From contig CAMBPQ010000002.1 of NCBI GenBank assembly GCA_945869735.1, positions 23,276 to 87,275 on the forward strand: 64,000 nt of DNA. The letters run 5' to 3'. This stretch comes from Planctomicrobium piriforme (GTDB lineage: Bacteria > Planctomycetota > Planctomycetia > Pirellulales > UBA1268). The notes beneath the pieces were generated by a model. That model did not search any database and was not told the DNA's origin. It saw nothing but the letters and a program-made list of their open reading frames with translations. Numbering within the stretch: the stretch's first letter is position 1; every line of letters starts with the position of its first letter. Both the position numbers and the translations under genes were made by a program. Shown here one piece after another: positions 30,845-39,929 of the stretch.

Positions 30845-32703
30845 CACATCTTCTCGACAGTGCCGATGCCGAGCAGTTCGAGGCCTCGGCGGAGGACGCG
30901 GCCCGTGAGGTCGCAAACTGCAAGCCTGCTGTCGCGGTCGGCCCCCTCGGCCTTGAGCACCGGGAGCGCGTCGTAAAACGTCGAATAGCAGCCGGCGAGA
31001 TCGTAGAGCCAGGCCGTGAGCACGTTGGGCCGCGAGTCGGCTTCGACGTCCTCCAGGGCCTCGCCGAACCGCAGCAGTTCCAGGGCCAGCGCCCGCTCCT
31101 TGGGGTCAGACACCAGCACGCCGCGGCAGTCCCGACGCAGTTGGCCGCGGTCGACCGCCCCCTTCGTGAAGATCCCCTCCACGCGGGCCACGGCGTATTG
31201 CATGTAAGCCGCGGTGTTGCCGGTGAGCTGCAGCATCTTGTCGAAACTGAAGACGTAGTCGGTCGTGCGGTTCTGCGAGAGATCGGCGTATTTGATGGCC
31301 CCGATGCCCACCGTCTCGGCGACGTGCCGGCGATCCTCGGCCGTCATTCCGGCCCGACCTTCGTCGTCCGTGCCGACCACGGCGGCGGCCCGGTCGACAC
31401 CCTCGTCGAGCAGCGCCTCGAGGCCCACCGTGTCGCCGGCCCGTGTCTTGAAAGGCTTGCCGTCCTCGCCGAGCACCGTGCCGAAGGCGACATGTACGAG
31501 GTCCACGTCGGCGACGCCATCCACGCCCCAGCGGCGGGCCGCCTCAAAGACCTGCTCGAAGTGCTGGCTCTGCCGATGATCGACCACGTAGAGCATCCGG
31601 TCGGGCTTCCAGTGCTCCAGCCGCCACTGGATCGTGGCCAGATCGGTCGTGGCATAGAGAAACGCGCCGTCGGCCTTGCGTATGAGGAGCGGTGGATCGT
31701 CCTCGCCGCCCAGGAAGATCCCGATCGCCCCTCTGCTCTCCCGGGCAAGGCCCTTCGCCACCAGGTCGTCCACCGTCGCCGCCAGCAGCGGCTGAAAAAA
31801 GCTCTCGCCGAGCGTGTGGTCAAACGTCACATGCAGCCGGCGGTAGATGCGGTCGATCTCGCCGCGGCAGACCGGCATGAACCGCTCCCACAGGGCTCGG
31901 TTCTCCGGGTCGCCCTCGTGGAGCTTTGCCGTCTCCGCGAGCACCTCGCTGCCGGCGGCCGGATGCTGCGCGGCGAGGGCCCCGGCGGCCGGGTCAGCAG
32001 CCAACTCTTCGGGCTTCGCATCCGCCACCTTCCGCACAAGCCTGTAGAGCCGGCCCAGTTCGGCCGTGGGATCGGCAGCGAAGGCCGCGTCGTCGCGGCA
32101 ATGCTTCCAGCCCCAGAGGATCATTCCAAACTGCGTGCCCCAGTCCCCAAGGTGGTTGTCGGTGATCACGTGATGACCCCGGAATCGCAGAATCCTCGCG
32201 ATTGCGTCGCCAATCACGGTCGAGCGGATATGACCCACGTGCATCGGTTTGGCGACGTTGGGAGAACTGAAGTCGACGACGACCGTTCTCGGCTTCACAA
32301 CCAGCGCCACGCCCAGCCGCTCGTCGGCCACCGCCCGGCCAACCGCGGCGGCGAGGGCGGAATCCTGCACGCGGACATTGATAAATCCCGGACCAACCGG
32401 GTCGCCTGGCGGCTGGAACAGCGTGCCGTATCCCGGAGCCGCCTCCAGCCGGCGAATGATCTCGACCGCCACGTCGCGCGGCTTTTTCCCGGCCCGCTTG
32501 GCCAGTGCCATCGCCATCGTGCCGGAGTAGTCACCAAACTTGGCGTCGGCCGTCTCGCGGACCTGCTCGAGCAGCCCGGGCATCTCGTGGGCCGCGATCG
32601 CCACGCCGCCGTCGGCCGCGAGCGACTCCAGCGCTGCGCGAAACGCGGCTCGCAGTGCGGACCGGAAGTTGACCCGGGCCGATGGGCCATCGTCCGCCAT
32701 CAT
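30844..32703 (-). CDS. argS: Arginyl-tRNA synthetase
   Basis: SPNVAKPMHVGHIRS (HIGH), DWGTQFG, IKYADL, C-terminal EKM. Confidence 0.97.
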   Translation of the reverse strand: MMADDGPSARVNFRSALRAAFRAALESLAADGGVAIAAHEMPGLLEQVRETADAKFGDYSGTMAMALAKRAGKKPRDVAVEIIRRLEAAPGYGTLFQPPGDPVGPGFINVRVQDSALAAAVGRAVADERLGVALVVKPRTVVVDFSSPNVAKPMHVGHIRSTVIGDAIARILRFRGHHVITDNHLGDWGTQFGMILWGWKHCRDDAAFAADPTAELGRLYRLVRKVADAKPEELAADPAAGALAAQHPAAGSEVLAETAKLHEGDPENRALWERFMPVCRGEIDRIYRRLHVTFDHTLGESFFQPLLAATVDDLVAKGLARESRGAIGIFLGGEDDPPLLIRKADGAFLYATTDLATIQWRLEHWKPDRMLYVVDHRQSQHFEQVFEAARRWGVDGVADVDLVHVAFGTVLGEDGKPFKTRAGDTVGLEALLDEGVDRAAAVVGTDDEGRAGMTAEDRRHVAETVGIGAIKYADLSQNRTTDYVFSFDKMLQLTGNTAAYMQYAVARVEGIFTKGAVDRGQLRRDCRGVLVSDPKERALALELLRFGEALEDVEADSRPNVLTAWLYDLAGCYSTFYDALPVLKAEGADRDSRLAVCDLTGRVLRRGLELLGIGTVEKM

Positions 32704-33104
32704 CGTGTCGCAGCCCCGGCGGCGGGCACGGGCACAGGCACGGCATCGCTCCAGAGGTGCTCGAGGTCCCAGTATTCGCGGGCCTCGGCGTCGAAGAGGT
32801 GCACCATCACGTTCCCGTAGTCGAGGACGATCCAGCGGCCTTCTTCGTAGCCCTCGCCCCCCCGTTTACGGTCCTTGAGCTCCTTCTTGAGCACGGTCTC
32901 TATCTCGTCGGCCATGGCATGCATCTGCCGCCGGCTCGATCCAGTGGCGATCACAAAGTAGTCGAAAACAGGCGTAATCTTCCGAAGATCAAGCACCCGC
33001 ACATCGATGCCCCGCATCTCCTCGGCCAACCGTGCGGCGGCGAGTGCGAGCTCCTTAGCGCGGTCGGCGGAGGCGGTCGTTGGTTCCGTGAGCGGCATGG
33101 TCAT
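32700..33104 (-). CDS. rsfS: Ribosome silencing factor
   Basis: DYFVIATG, WIVLDYGNVMVHLF...R.YWDLEHLW. Confidence 0.95.
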   Translation of the reverse strand: MTMPLTEPTTASADRAKELALAAARLAEEMRGIDVRVLDLRKITPVFDYFVIATGSSRRQMHAMADEIETVLKKELKDRKRGGEGYEEGRWIVLDYGNVMVHLFDAEAREYWDLEHLWSDAVPVPVPAAGAATR

Positions 33105-33916
33105 GACTTCGATTGTAGCGTTCGAACGGCCAGAGCGATGCCGTGCAGGACGAGGTCGGGGCTCTCGATTGCGCCCGGGAGCGCGTCGCGGACGATCCCA
33201 CGGGAGCCGCCCGTCAAAAATACCTCGGGCCGGCCGCCGAGAACCGCTGCCGCCTCGGCGACGAGCCGCGACACGGCCCCTCGCATCCCGAAGCCGATGC
33301 CGGCGGCGATCGCCGTCTGGGTGGAACGACCGGGCATCACCGGAAACGTGCCATGGTCGAGCTCGGCAACCGCGGGCAGCCGGCTCGTGCCCTCGGCGAG
33401 GGCACGCGAGAGGAGTTCGGGACCGGGGAGAATGGCCCCGCCGAGGAACCGGCCGTCGATTGACACAAGATCCACGGTCGTGGCGGTGCCGCAGTCGACG
33501 ATAATGGCCGGACAGTCGGGAGCCTTGGCGGCCGCCGCCGCCGCCGCCGCCGCGAGTCGGTCGATCCCCACGCGACTCGGCTCATCGACATCGACCACGA
33601 GCGGCAGGTGTTCTCGGACGACCCGCCGCTGACGGATCGGGCGGTGCCGCGTGACCGACACCTCCGCGACGGCGGCCTCCAGCCGTGCGGCGGCGGCGTC
33701 GTGCACGCTCGCCACGAGGATCAGAGCCGATCCCGGCGCGACCCGGTCGAGCCAGTTCTGGAGGTTCGACGGGCGAAACTCCCGACTGATGAGGTCCTGG
33801 CGGCCCGTCACCGCCGGCCATGCCGCCGTCCGACCGGGTTCGTCGACCACCACGGCCATTTTGATGCGAGTGTTCCCCACGTCGGCCACCACGATCGTCT
33901 CGCCGCTCGCCGTCAT
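33101..33916 (-). CDS. coaX: Type III pantothenate kinase
   Basis: DVGNTRIK, GIDR, VDCGTATT, GGAILPG, LTGG. Confidence 0.93.
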   Translation of the reverse strand: MTASGETIVVADVGNTRIKMAVVVDEPGRTAAWPAVTGRQDLISREFRPSNLQNWLDRVAPGSALILVASVHDAAAARLEAAVAEVSVTRHRPIRQRRVVREHLPLVVDVDEPSRVGIDRLAAAAAAAAAKAPDCPAIIVDCGTATTVDLVSIDGRFLGGAILPGPELLSRALAEGTSRLPAVAELDHGTFPVMPGRSTQTAIAAGIGFGMRGAVSRLVAEAAAVLGGRPEVFLTGGSRGIVRDALPGAIESPDLVLHGIALAVRTLQSKS

Positions 33917-34914
33917 GACGGCTGCCTCCGGTGGTCGAGTTCGACGACGACCGCCCGTAGGAGCGTGTCGAGCCCCTGCCCTGTCACGGCGCTGACGCCG
34001 ATCACGTCGCGGCCGATCTCGCGGGCGAACTCTGCGCGGATCGCGTCGGCATCCGGCAGTTCGCTCTTGCTCATCACGACGATCTCGGGCCGCTCTCCGA
34101 GCGACTCGTCGTAGAGCACCAGTTCGTCGCGAATCGCCCGGTAGTTCGCCAGGGGATCGCTCCCGTCAACGGGCATCGGTTCCACGAGGTGCACGAGAAT
34201 CCCGGCCCGTTCCACGTGTCGGAGGAACTCGTGTCCTAGGCCGATGCCCGCGTGCGCCCCCTCGATGAGGCCCGGTAGGTCGGCGAGCACGAAGCTCCTG
34301 TCCCGCGAGATCGCGACGATTCCCAGGATCGGCGTCTTCGTCGTGAAGGCGTAATCGGCGATCTCGGGCCTAGCTCGTGACAAGCGCGAGAGAAGCGTGC
34401 TTTTACCCGCGTTTGGCTTGCCCACGAGCCCCACGTCGGCGATGACCTTGAGTTCCAGCAGCAGCCGACGAGACTCCCCCTTCTCACCCGGCGTCGTTTC
34501 GCGGGGCGCGCGGTTGGTCGACGACTTGAAGTGCGCGTTGCCCCAGCCGCCGCCCCCCCCTTTCGCCGCCACGATCCAGTCGCCCGGCGCCGCGAGGTCC
34601 TTGAGGGCAAGGCCGCTGGCCTCGTCAATCACGATCGTGCCCGGGGGTACGAGCAGCGTCAGATCCCCCGCGTTGCGTCCATGGCAGTTGGAAGAGCCGC
34701 CCGCGGCGCCATGCTGAGCCCGCCACTGCTTGCGGTGGGCGAGTGCTGCGAGCGAGTCGACTCCCGGCTCGGCACGGAGAATGACGCTCCCGCCGTCACC
34801 GCCGTCACCGCCAGCGGGCCCGCCAAGCGGCACGTATTTCTCGCGCCGGAAACTACACATGCCTTGGCCACCATTCCCGGCGGCCACTTCGATCTGCACG
34901 CGGTCCACGAACAC
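33913..34914 (-). CDS. obgE: GTPase ObgE (short, no C-terminal domain)
   Basis: FRREKYVP.GGP.GGDGG, GKPNAGKST, DLPGLIEGAH. Confidence 0.96.
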   Translation of the reverse strand: MFVDRVQIEVAAGNGGQGMCSFRREKYVPLGGPAGGDGGDGGSVILRAEPGVDSLAALAHRKQWRAQHGAAGGSSNCHGRNAGDLTLLVPPGTIVIDEASGLALKDLAAPGDWIVAAKGGGGGWGNAHFKSSTNRAPRETTPGEKGESRRLLLELKVIADVGLVGKPNAGKSTLLSRLSRARPEIADYAFTTKTPILGIVAISRDRSFVLADLPGLIEGAHAGIGLGHEFLRHVERAGILVHLVEPMPVDGSDPLANYRAIRDELVLYDESLGERPEIVVMSKSELPDADAIRAEFAREIGRDVIGVSAVTGQGLDTLLRAVVVELDHRRQPS

Positions 34915-34962
34915 GCCGGCACCTTCAGAAAGTCACCGGACGAACGTTACCGCACCTACAGG

Positions 34963-35217
34963 TCAGGCCGAGGCTTGGGCCACAATGTTCACACGGCGGC
35001 CTTCCCGATCAAACATCACCACGCCGTCGGAGAGGGCGAAGAGCGTGTAATCGGTGCCCATGCCGACGTTGGAGCCTGGGTGAAACTTCGTGCCGACCTG
35101 GCGAACCAGAATGTTTCCGGCCTGCACCTTCTCGCCACCGAATTTCTTCACGCCCCGCCGTTGGGCTTTGGAATCCCGACCGTTGCGGCTGGAACCCTGA
35201 CCTTTTTTATGTGCCAT
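34963..35217 (-). CDS. rpmA: 50S ribosomal protein L27
   Basis: [16 protein letters not shown]. Confidence 0.98.
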   Translation of the reverse strand: MAHKKGQGSSRNGRDSKAQRRGVKKFGGEKVQAGNILVRQVGTKFHPGSNVGMGTDYTLFALSDGVVMFDREGRRVNIVAQASA

Positions 35218-35237
35218 TGCTCTCGTCTCCCGGCCGG

Positions 35238-35266
35238 ATAATCGGCACCACGTAGTCTACTGTCAA
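35238..35266 (-). promoter_or_regulatory. Possible promoter for the rpmA-obgE-coaX-rsfS-argS-fusA run
   Basis: TTGACA (35266-35261), 17 nt, GATTAT; the -10 is imperfect. Confidence 0.4.
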
Positions 35267-35315
35267 AGCGGCCGGGACGCTCGCCGCGGCTGCACGAGGG
35301 GCCATCCTGGGCCTT

Positions 35316-37124
35316 TCACAAGGCTCCGAATCCGTTTTCGTATCGGAAAACCCAGGCGTGGTCAATGCCCTCGTGCACAGCCACGGCTGCCGCGTAGAGG
35401 TCGGGGCCGCGGGCACCGAACAGCCCGCTGAGGATCAGGGCGGTGACAGCCTTCGCGCGGGCCTCGTCCTCGAGTGCCAACAGCTTCTCCCTGCGGGCCC
35501 CACTCTCTTCCGTCTTCGTGCTCAAGTCCTCGGCGATACGCTTCACCTCGGCTGCGTCGAGGCCCTCGAAGGCTGGCCGCAGCGCGTCGATCGCCGCCAG
35601 CGCGTCGCTCCCGCCGATCGCCGCACGATCGGCGTCGATCGTCCGCAGCGTCGCCAGCGCCCGAGCCTTCGCCACCGCGTCGTTAAGCCACTCGATCCGC
35701 CGCGCCGCCGTCCCAAACGCCTCTGCCGCGGCGGCTCGCCGCGCATCGACGTCGGGCTTCTCCTCCAGCATCCGCACGACCGTGGCCAGCGACTCAAGCG
35801 GTTTCTTGGCCACGGCTTCGGGGGTCAGGCCGATGGCTTGGAGGGCAGCGCGACGCTTTTGTTCCTGTGCTGCGTCGACCGGTCCGGCCGCCGCGGCGGC
35901 GAGTTCCTCAACCGCCACCACGCCCAGATCACCAACTAGCTGCCGCAGCGCCACGATGGGATCCGCAGGCGGCTTGAGGTCGGCCGCCGCTCGGAGCACC
36001 ACTTCGAGCGGTTTGAGGCTTGCCGCGCCACCGCCACCCTCGGGCCCCAAGAGGTCCGCCCAGCCGAGCCCCAGGGCATCGAGACCGGCGACGGGCTGCG
36101 ATTTCGAATAGCCCGGCCAGCCGACCGCGGCGATCAGTCTGCCCCCGAGCGTCATCCGCTCGAACATTCCCGCGAAGCCGACGCTCATCTCCCGGTCGCC
36201 CTCGACACGGGCGTCACCTGGCCGCCAGAAATCGAGCCGCAGACTCTCGAGTGTTTCCTCGATGTGACTCCCCGGGAGATCATCCGGCTTGATCACCGTC
36301 CCGGGCTTCTGCCGCCAGCGGATCGCATTGGTCAGGCCACGGACGTAAATCGAGAAAAAGTCGATTCGCGGGTCGACATCCTCCCAGATGGCCACGCCCC
36401 ACCGCTCCTCGCCCGGAGCCATGTCGGAGGCAGACATCTCGGTGCTGTCGAGCAGCCTCCGCTTCGGATCCTCGCGGAGGCGGATCGCGTTCATGGCGGA
36501 GGGCACGAGCCGGTCGAGATACCCGCGATAGGAAGCGAGCCCCTCGCCATCTTCCACCGACTCGAGACTTTCGAGCACGAAGTGGGGCAGGAACCGCACG
36601 GGCTTCTCGAACGACTCCGTCTCGCGAAGCGCGGAATCAACGTCGCCTTGCTCCCCCTTCCCCATCACCATCCGGTGGCCACCGACGTTTTTCACGCGAT
36701 AGAGGAGATACCAGATCCGCTTTCGCTGCATGCGGAGATCGGCCTCTGGCACGTCGACGTCCAGCATGCGCGGGGGCTTAAACGCAAACTCGAGGCACCA
36801 GATATCACGGGGATATTCGCGGCCTCGCGCCCGCTCCACGAACGTCGTGTTGGCAGCCGCCACCTTCGGCGTCCACTGCAGGTCGGCCTGCCCTTCCGTG
36901 ACCTCCAGAAGATCAGCCCGCACAAGGGCGTTGTCTGTGGCTCGATCGGGAGCGATGACTGTGAGCACCCCGGATGCCAGACGGCGGAATCCCTCCGGGT
37001 CGGCGGCGGCCGCGCGGGCCGCGGCATGCACAAGCACGAGGCAGAGGATGGCAACGGCAGCGCTGCCGGGAGCAACGGGACGCGACTGCGGGCCACCCCG
37101 GGCGGATTCACAAAAGGTCGACAT
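35316..37124 (-). CDS. Exported hypothetical protein: globular N-terminal domain plus Ala-rich helical C-terminal region
   Basis: ORF-track frame 35316..37832; ATG at 37124 gives a signal-like AVAILCLVLVHAAARA; domain rich in aromatic motifs (IWCLEFAFKP, IWYLLYRVKN, WGVAIWEDVDP, LDFWRPGD). Confidence 0.75.
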   Translation of the reverse strand: MSTFCESARGGPQSRPVAPGSAAVAILCLVLVHAAARAAAADPEGFRRLASGVLTVIAPDRATDNALVRADLLEVTEGQADLQWTPKVAAANTTFVERARGREYPRDIWCLEFAFKPPRMLDVDVPEADLRMQRKRIWYLLYRVKNVGGHRMVMGKGEQGDVDSALRETESFEKPVRFLPHFVLESLESVEDGEGLASYRGYLDRLVPSAMNAIRLREDPKRRLLDSTEMSASDMAPGEERWGVAIWEDVDPRIDFFSIYVRGLTNAIRWRQKPGTVIKPDDLPGSHIEETLESLRLDFWRPGDARVEGDREMSVGFAGMFERMTLGGRLIAAVGWPGYSKSQPVAGLDALGLGWADLLGPEGGGGAASLKPLEVVLRAAADLKPPADPIVALRQLVGDLGVVAVEELAAAAAGPVDAAQEQKRRAALQAIGLTPEAVAKKPLESLATVVRMLEEKPDVDARRAAAAEAFGTAARRIEWLNDAVAKARALATLRTIDADRAAIGGSDALAAIDALRPAFEGLDAAEVKRIAEDLSTKTEESGARREKLLALEDEARAKAVTALILSGLFGARGPDLYAAAVAVHEGIDHAWVFRYENGFGAL

Positions 37125-37369
37125 ACAGACTCGCCATCCCCGCCGGGCCGCGATGCTCGAGGGCTTCAGCATAGTCATCCATCGGCTTTTTTTGCGGAAA
37201 AGCCCATGCACAGCCATCAACGCCGAACTTTCCTTGATTGCCCAGATACCCCAAGCAACACTATCGATAGGGTTATTCGTCGCACTGGAAAACTGGTCTC
37301 CACCGTCCACCCCGTCCGACAGACACTTCCAGTGGCGGCTTGGCACCTCAGGCCACTTGGTTCCACGAC

Positions 37370-37651
37370 ATGCTGCAAAAGAATCCACTCCAGCCGCCGC
37401 TGCCCACGAGATTGCCCGCCTGGGCTGCAGAGGCACCGTCTCAGCCGAGCCGCACTTCCCCATTCGTCTCGGCGGAGGACTTCGACGGCACGGGAATCCT
37501 GGCGGGCATGGATCCCTGTGAGTCGTTGTACTGGTGGATGCCGGAACTCTACGGCCCTGACCCTGCCCGCCGCTGCGACGCAGACGCTGCCGCCGCAATC
37601 GCGATTCAGGCCACCCGCCGGACACCCTCCCGCACAACTGCCGCGGCCTGA
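37370..37651 (+). CDS. Possible small hypothetical protein
   Basis: ATG 37370; protein-like segment FDGTGILAGMDPCESLYWWMPELYG; fills an otherwise empty ~480-bp gap; 3' end overlaps parA. Confidence 0.35.
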   Translation: MLQKNPLQPPLPTRLPAWAAEAPSQPSRTSPFVSAEDFDGTGILAGMDPCESLYWWMPELYGPDPARRCDADAAAAIAIQATRRTPSRTTAAA

Positions 37652-38466
37652 TCAACTTCCGCCGCCAGTGCGGCGTAGTCTTCCGCCCCGTGAGACTCGG
37701 GGGCGTAGTCGAAGATCGATTGCCCGAAACTCGGCGCCTCGGCCAGGCGGATGTTGCGGCGGATTTTGGTGGCGAACAGTTTTCCGCAGCCCCAGGCCGG
37801 GTGAGCACCACTTCCCGCCGCGAAGAATGCATCGACGTCCCTGCCGATCTCGCCGGCCAAGCGGGTCGCCGCCTCGTGCATGCAGAGCACGACTCCGAGC
37901 AGCCGGAGCCTGGGATTCACTCGCTCCGACACGAGTTCGATTGTTTCCAGCAGCTTGCTCAGGCCGTGCAGGGCAAGAAAATGCGGCTGGAGCGGCAGGA
38001 GCACCTCGCCCACCGCCGCCATGGCGTTGAGTGAGAGGAGCCCGAGTGAGGGCGGACAGTCGACGATGACATAGTCGAACGCCGGGCCAGCCAGACCGGC
38101 CCCAGCCGCGCCGGCCTGAAATCGTGGGTCGGCTGCCATGCGACTTCGCAGGATCGATTCGCGGCCCGACTTCCCCGCGAGCGCCAGTTCCGCGGCCGAG
38201 AGGTCAATGTGAGCCGGCACCACCGAGAGCGTGTCGCTCACGGAAACGCAGGCTGCGGCGAGCGGCTGATCGGCCGTGAGCACATCGAAGACGGTCGGCC
38301 CATGGGCTCCCGATGTCACGCCCACGTGCAGCGTCGCGTGCGCCTGCGGATCGAGGTCGATCAGACAGACGTGCCTGCCGGCCCGTGACAGCGCGACCGC
38401 GAGGTTCACCGATGTGGTGGTCTTGCCGACTCCACCCTTTTGGTTGGCCACGGCGATCGACCGCAT
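37606..38466 (-). CDS. parA: ParA/Soj family ATPase (no adjacent ParB)
   Basis: NQKGGVGKTTT, IDLDPQAHAT, DCPPSLG, IRRNIRLAEAPSFG; ATG at 38466. Confidence 0.92.
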   Translation of the reverse strand: MRSIAVANQKGGVGKTTTSVNLAVALSRAGRHVCLIDLDPQAHATLHVGVTSGAHGPTVFDVLTADQPLAAACVSVSDTLSVVPAHIDLSAAELALAGKSGRESILRSRMAADPRFQAGAAGAGLAGPAFDYVIVDCPPSLGLLSLNAMAAVGEVLLPLQPHFLALHGLSKLLETIELVSERVNPRLRLLGVVLCMHEAATRLAGEIGRDVDAFFAAGSGAHPAWGCGKLFATKIRRNIRLAEAPSFGQSIFDYAPESHGAEDYAALAAEVDQAAAVVREGVRRVA

Positions 38467-38600
38467 GAGTAGTTTCCTTATGCCCGCGAAGTGCCCGGAA
38501 ATGCCCGCCGCGAGCAGAGTGGGAGGATAGGGGGCGGCAGCCACCCCCTCAAAGCCCGATTTCAGCCCGGGTTTTAGCCCAATCGACTCCCATCCGCCCC

Positions 38601-39036
38601 GAGAGCGCATTCGACTTACGTGGATCGCCGGCTCGGGGGCGACAAAAGTCGCTGCTGCGCGGTCCTGCGGATTGTGGCTGGGGCGAGGATACGCCCCAGG
38701 CTCCTCGAGCGTTCGCCGACCCCCTCACCTCCCGTCAGGAAGTCCCAAGCGCAAGCGCGGGGAATCCGGGAAGCATCGATTTGATACCGGATTGGTTCAC
38801 CGGCGGTGACATGCTCGCCGCCGGAGGATTTTGCTACAGGATGCTCGGGTGGCCGACTGGGGAATATCTCGTGAGTCGCAAAGATTCCCCGGCGTCTGCG
38901 CGTGCCCCCGACCGGCTCCTCACGATCAAGAATCGGTTCGATCATCCGTGCGGCTTGCCTCCCGTCAGGAAGCCCCAAGCACAACCGCGGGGAATGCGGG
39001 TAGCACCCCGCCCCGCTCCACAGCTGATGCGATCCA
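38601..39036 (+). mobile_element. Composite element: module A copy 5 interrupted by a REP-flanked module B
   Basis: A left part 38601-38732; REP 38731-38765; B core ~38775-38935; REP 38961-38995; A-like right end CCGCTCCAC...GATGCGATCCA to 39036. Confidence 0.72.
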
Positions 39037-39039
39037 GCA

Positions 39040-39582
39040 TCAGGGCAGTTGGTGCCTCGTGGCCTCGATCCAGGTCCGCAGCCCCTTGTGAAGCCGCCCC
39101 AAGGCAACGCGGCCGGGCCGGCCCGCCACCGTCAGCCAGCCCTCGGCATCGAGGTCGATCGCCACCAGCGTTGTCGGCCGCTGGCTGTCCGCAGTGTCGA
39201 AAAAAGCCAGCGCGTGGTCCCAGGCATCGGCCGGCCGACGATTTCCGTCTGGTGTCGGCCACGTAAAGTTGGCGTCCTCCACCAGCCCGCGGCGCAGGTG
39301 CACCAACCCCGGCGCCCGCGACACATCCCGCCGGTCGACGGCAACAAGGCGGCCCGTCACCGGATCGACCGCAAGCTGCCAGAGTTCCACCCGCGGCGCC
39401 CCTTGGATACTGCGGGCGGCTTCAGCACCATAGAAGCCCAGGCACTGCCGCGTCTGATTCCATTGAAACCACACGGCGAATGCGGCCAGCGCGACGGCGA
39501 GCGTGAGGAGGCCGATCACAAGGGTAGTCCCCGGGCCACTCTTGTCGGCAGCTGCGGGCGGGCGGGAGGCGGCGGTCATCAC
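39040..39582 (-). CDS. Hypothetical membrane-anchored protein
   Basis: One N-terminal TM (LVIGLLTLAVALAAFAVWFQW) followed by a soluble domain. Confidence 0.7.
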   Translation of the reverse strand: MMTAASRPPAAADKSGPGTTLVIGLLTLAVALAAFAVWFQWNQTRQCLGFYGAEAARSIQGAPRVELWQLAVDPVTGRLVAVDRRDVSRAPGLVHLRRGLVEDANFTWPTPDGNRRPADAWDHALAFFDTADSQRPTTLVAIDLDAEGWLTVAGRPGRVALGRLHKGLRTWIEATRHQLP

Positions 39583-39699
39583 GTTGGTGGCTCCAGCGTC
39601 GCGGCGTCAAAGCCCACTGTATACTCGGACTCCCAAGGGTCTGCCGACTCAAGACTTCCGCAGCATTTCAGGCCCTTCTTCGCGACCGGAGACGCCCGC

Positions 39700-39927
39700 A
39701 TGGCCAACGCCTTCGACCCGTATCGAGAAGCCCTTGTCGTGGAGAACCACATCGTCTGGCCGAACGCCTATGAGGACTGGTCCGAGGCCGACAAGGCACG
39801 CGTCGAGACCCTGCTACACGCCAGCCCCCGCGAGGCAGCCGACCTCGATTACCTCCGACAACACACCGGCTTTGCGCGGGTCATCACCGTGACGGCCGCG
39901 GATATCGACCGCGTGAGCGTCGCCTGA
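39700..39927 (+). CDS. Small hypothetical protein (75 aa) coupled to aroB
   Basis: MANAFDPYREALVVENHIVWP...LDYLRQHTGFARVITV; stop 2 nt before the aroB start. Confidence 0.75.
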   Translation: MANAFDPYREALVVENHIVWPNAYEDWSEADKARVETLLHASPREAADLDYLRQHTGFARVITVTAADIDRVSVA

Positions 39928-39929
39928 CC

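Noticed and set aside
30838-32820. Long antisense ORFs (e.g. 3781-5277, 5431-6717, 9621-11003, 12054-13523, 29741-30976, 30838-32820, 47282-48883, 51642-53360, 59928-61346)
   Set aside because: These are expected shadow frames opposite well-supported genes in high-GC DNA and have no recognisable motifs.
37125-37369. Possible ncRNA or riboswitch in this gap and at 41280-41535
   Set aside because: Hairpins are present, but I could not match tRNA, tmRNA, RNase P, SRP, 6S or common riboswitch consensus motifs; an Infernal/Rfam scan would settle it.
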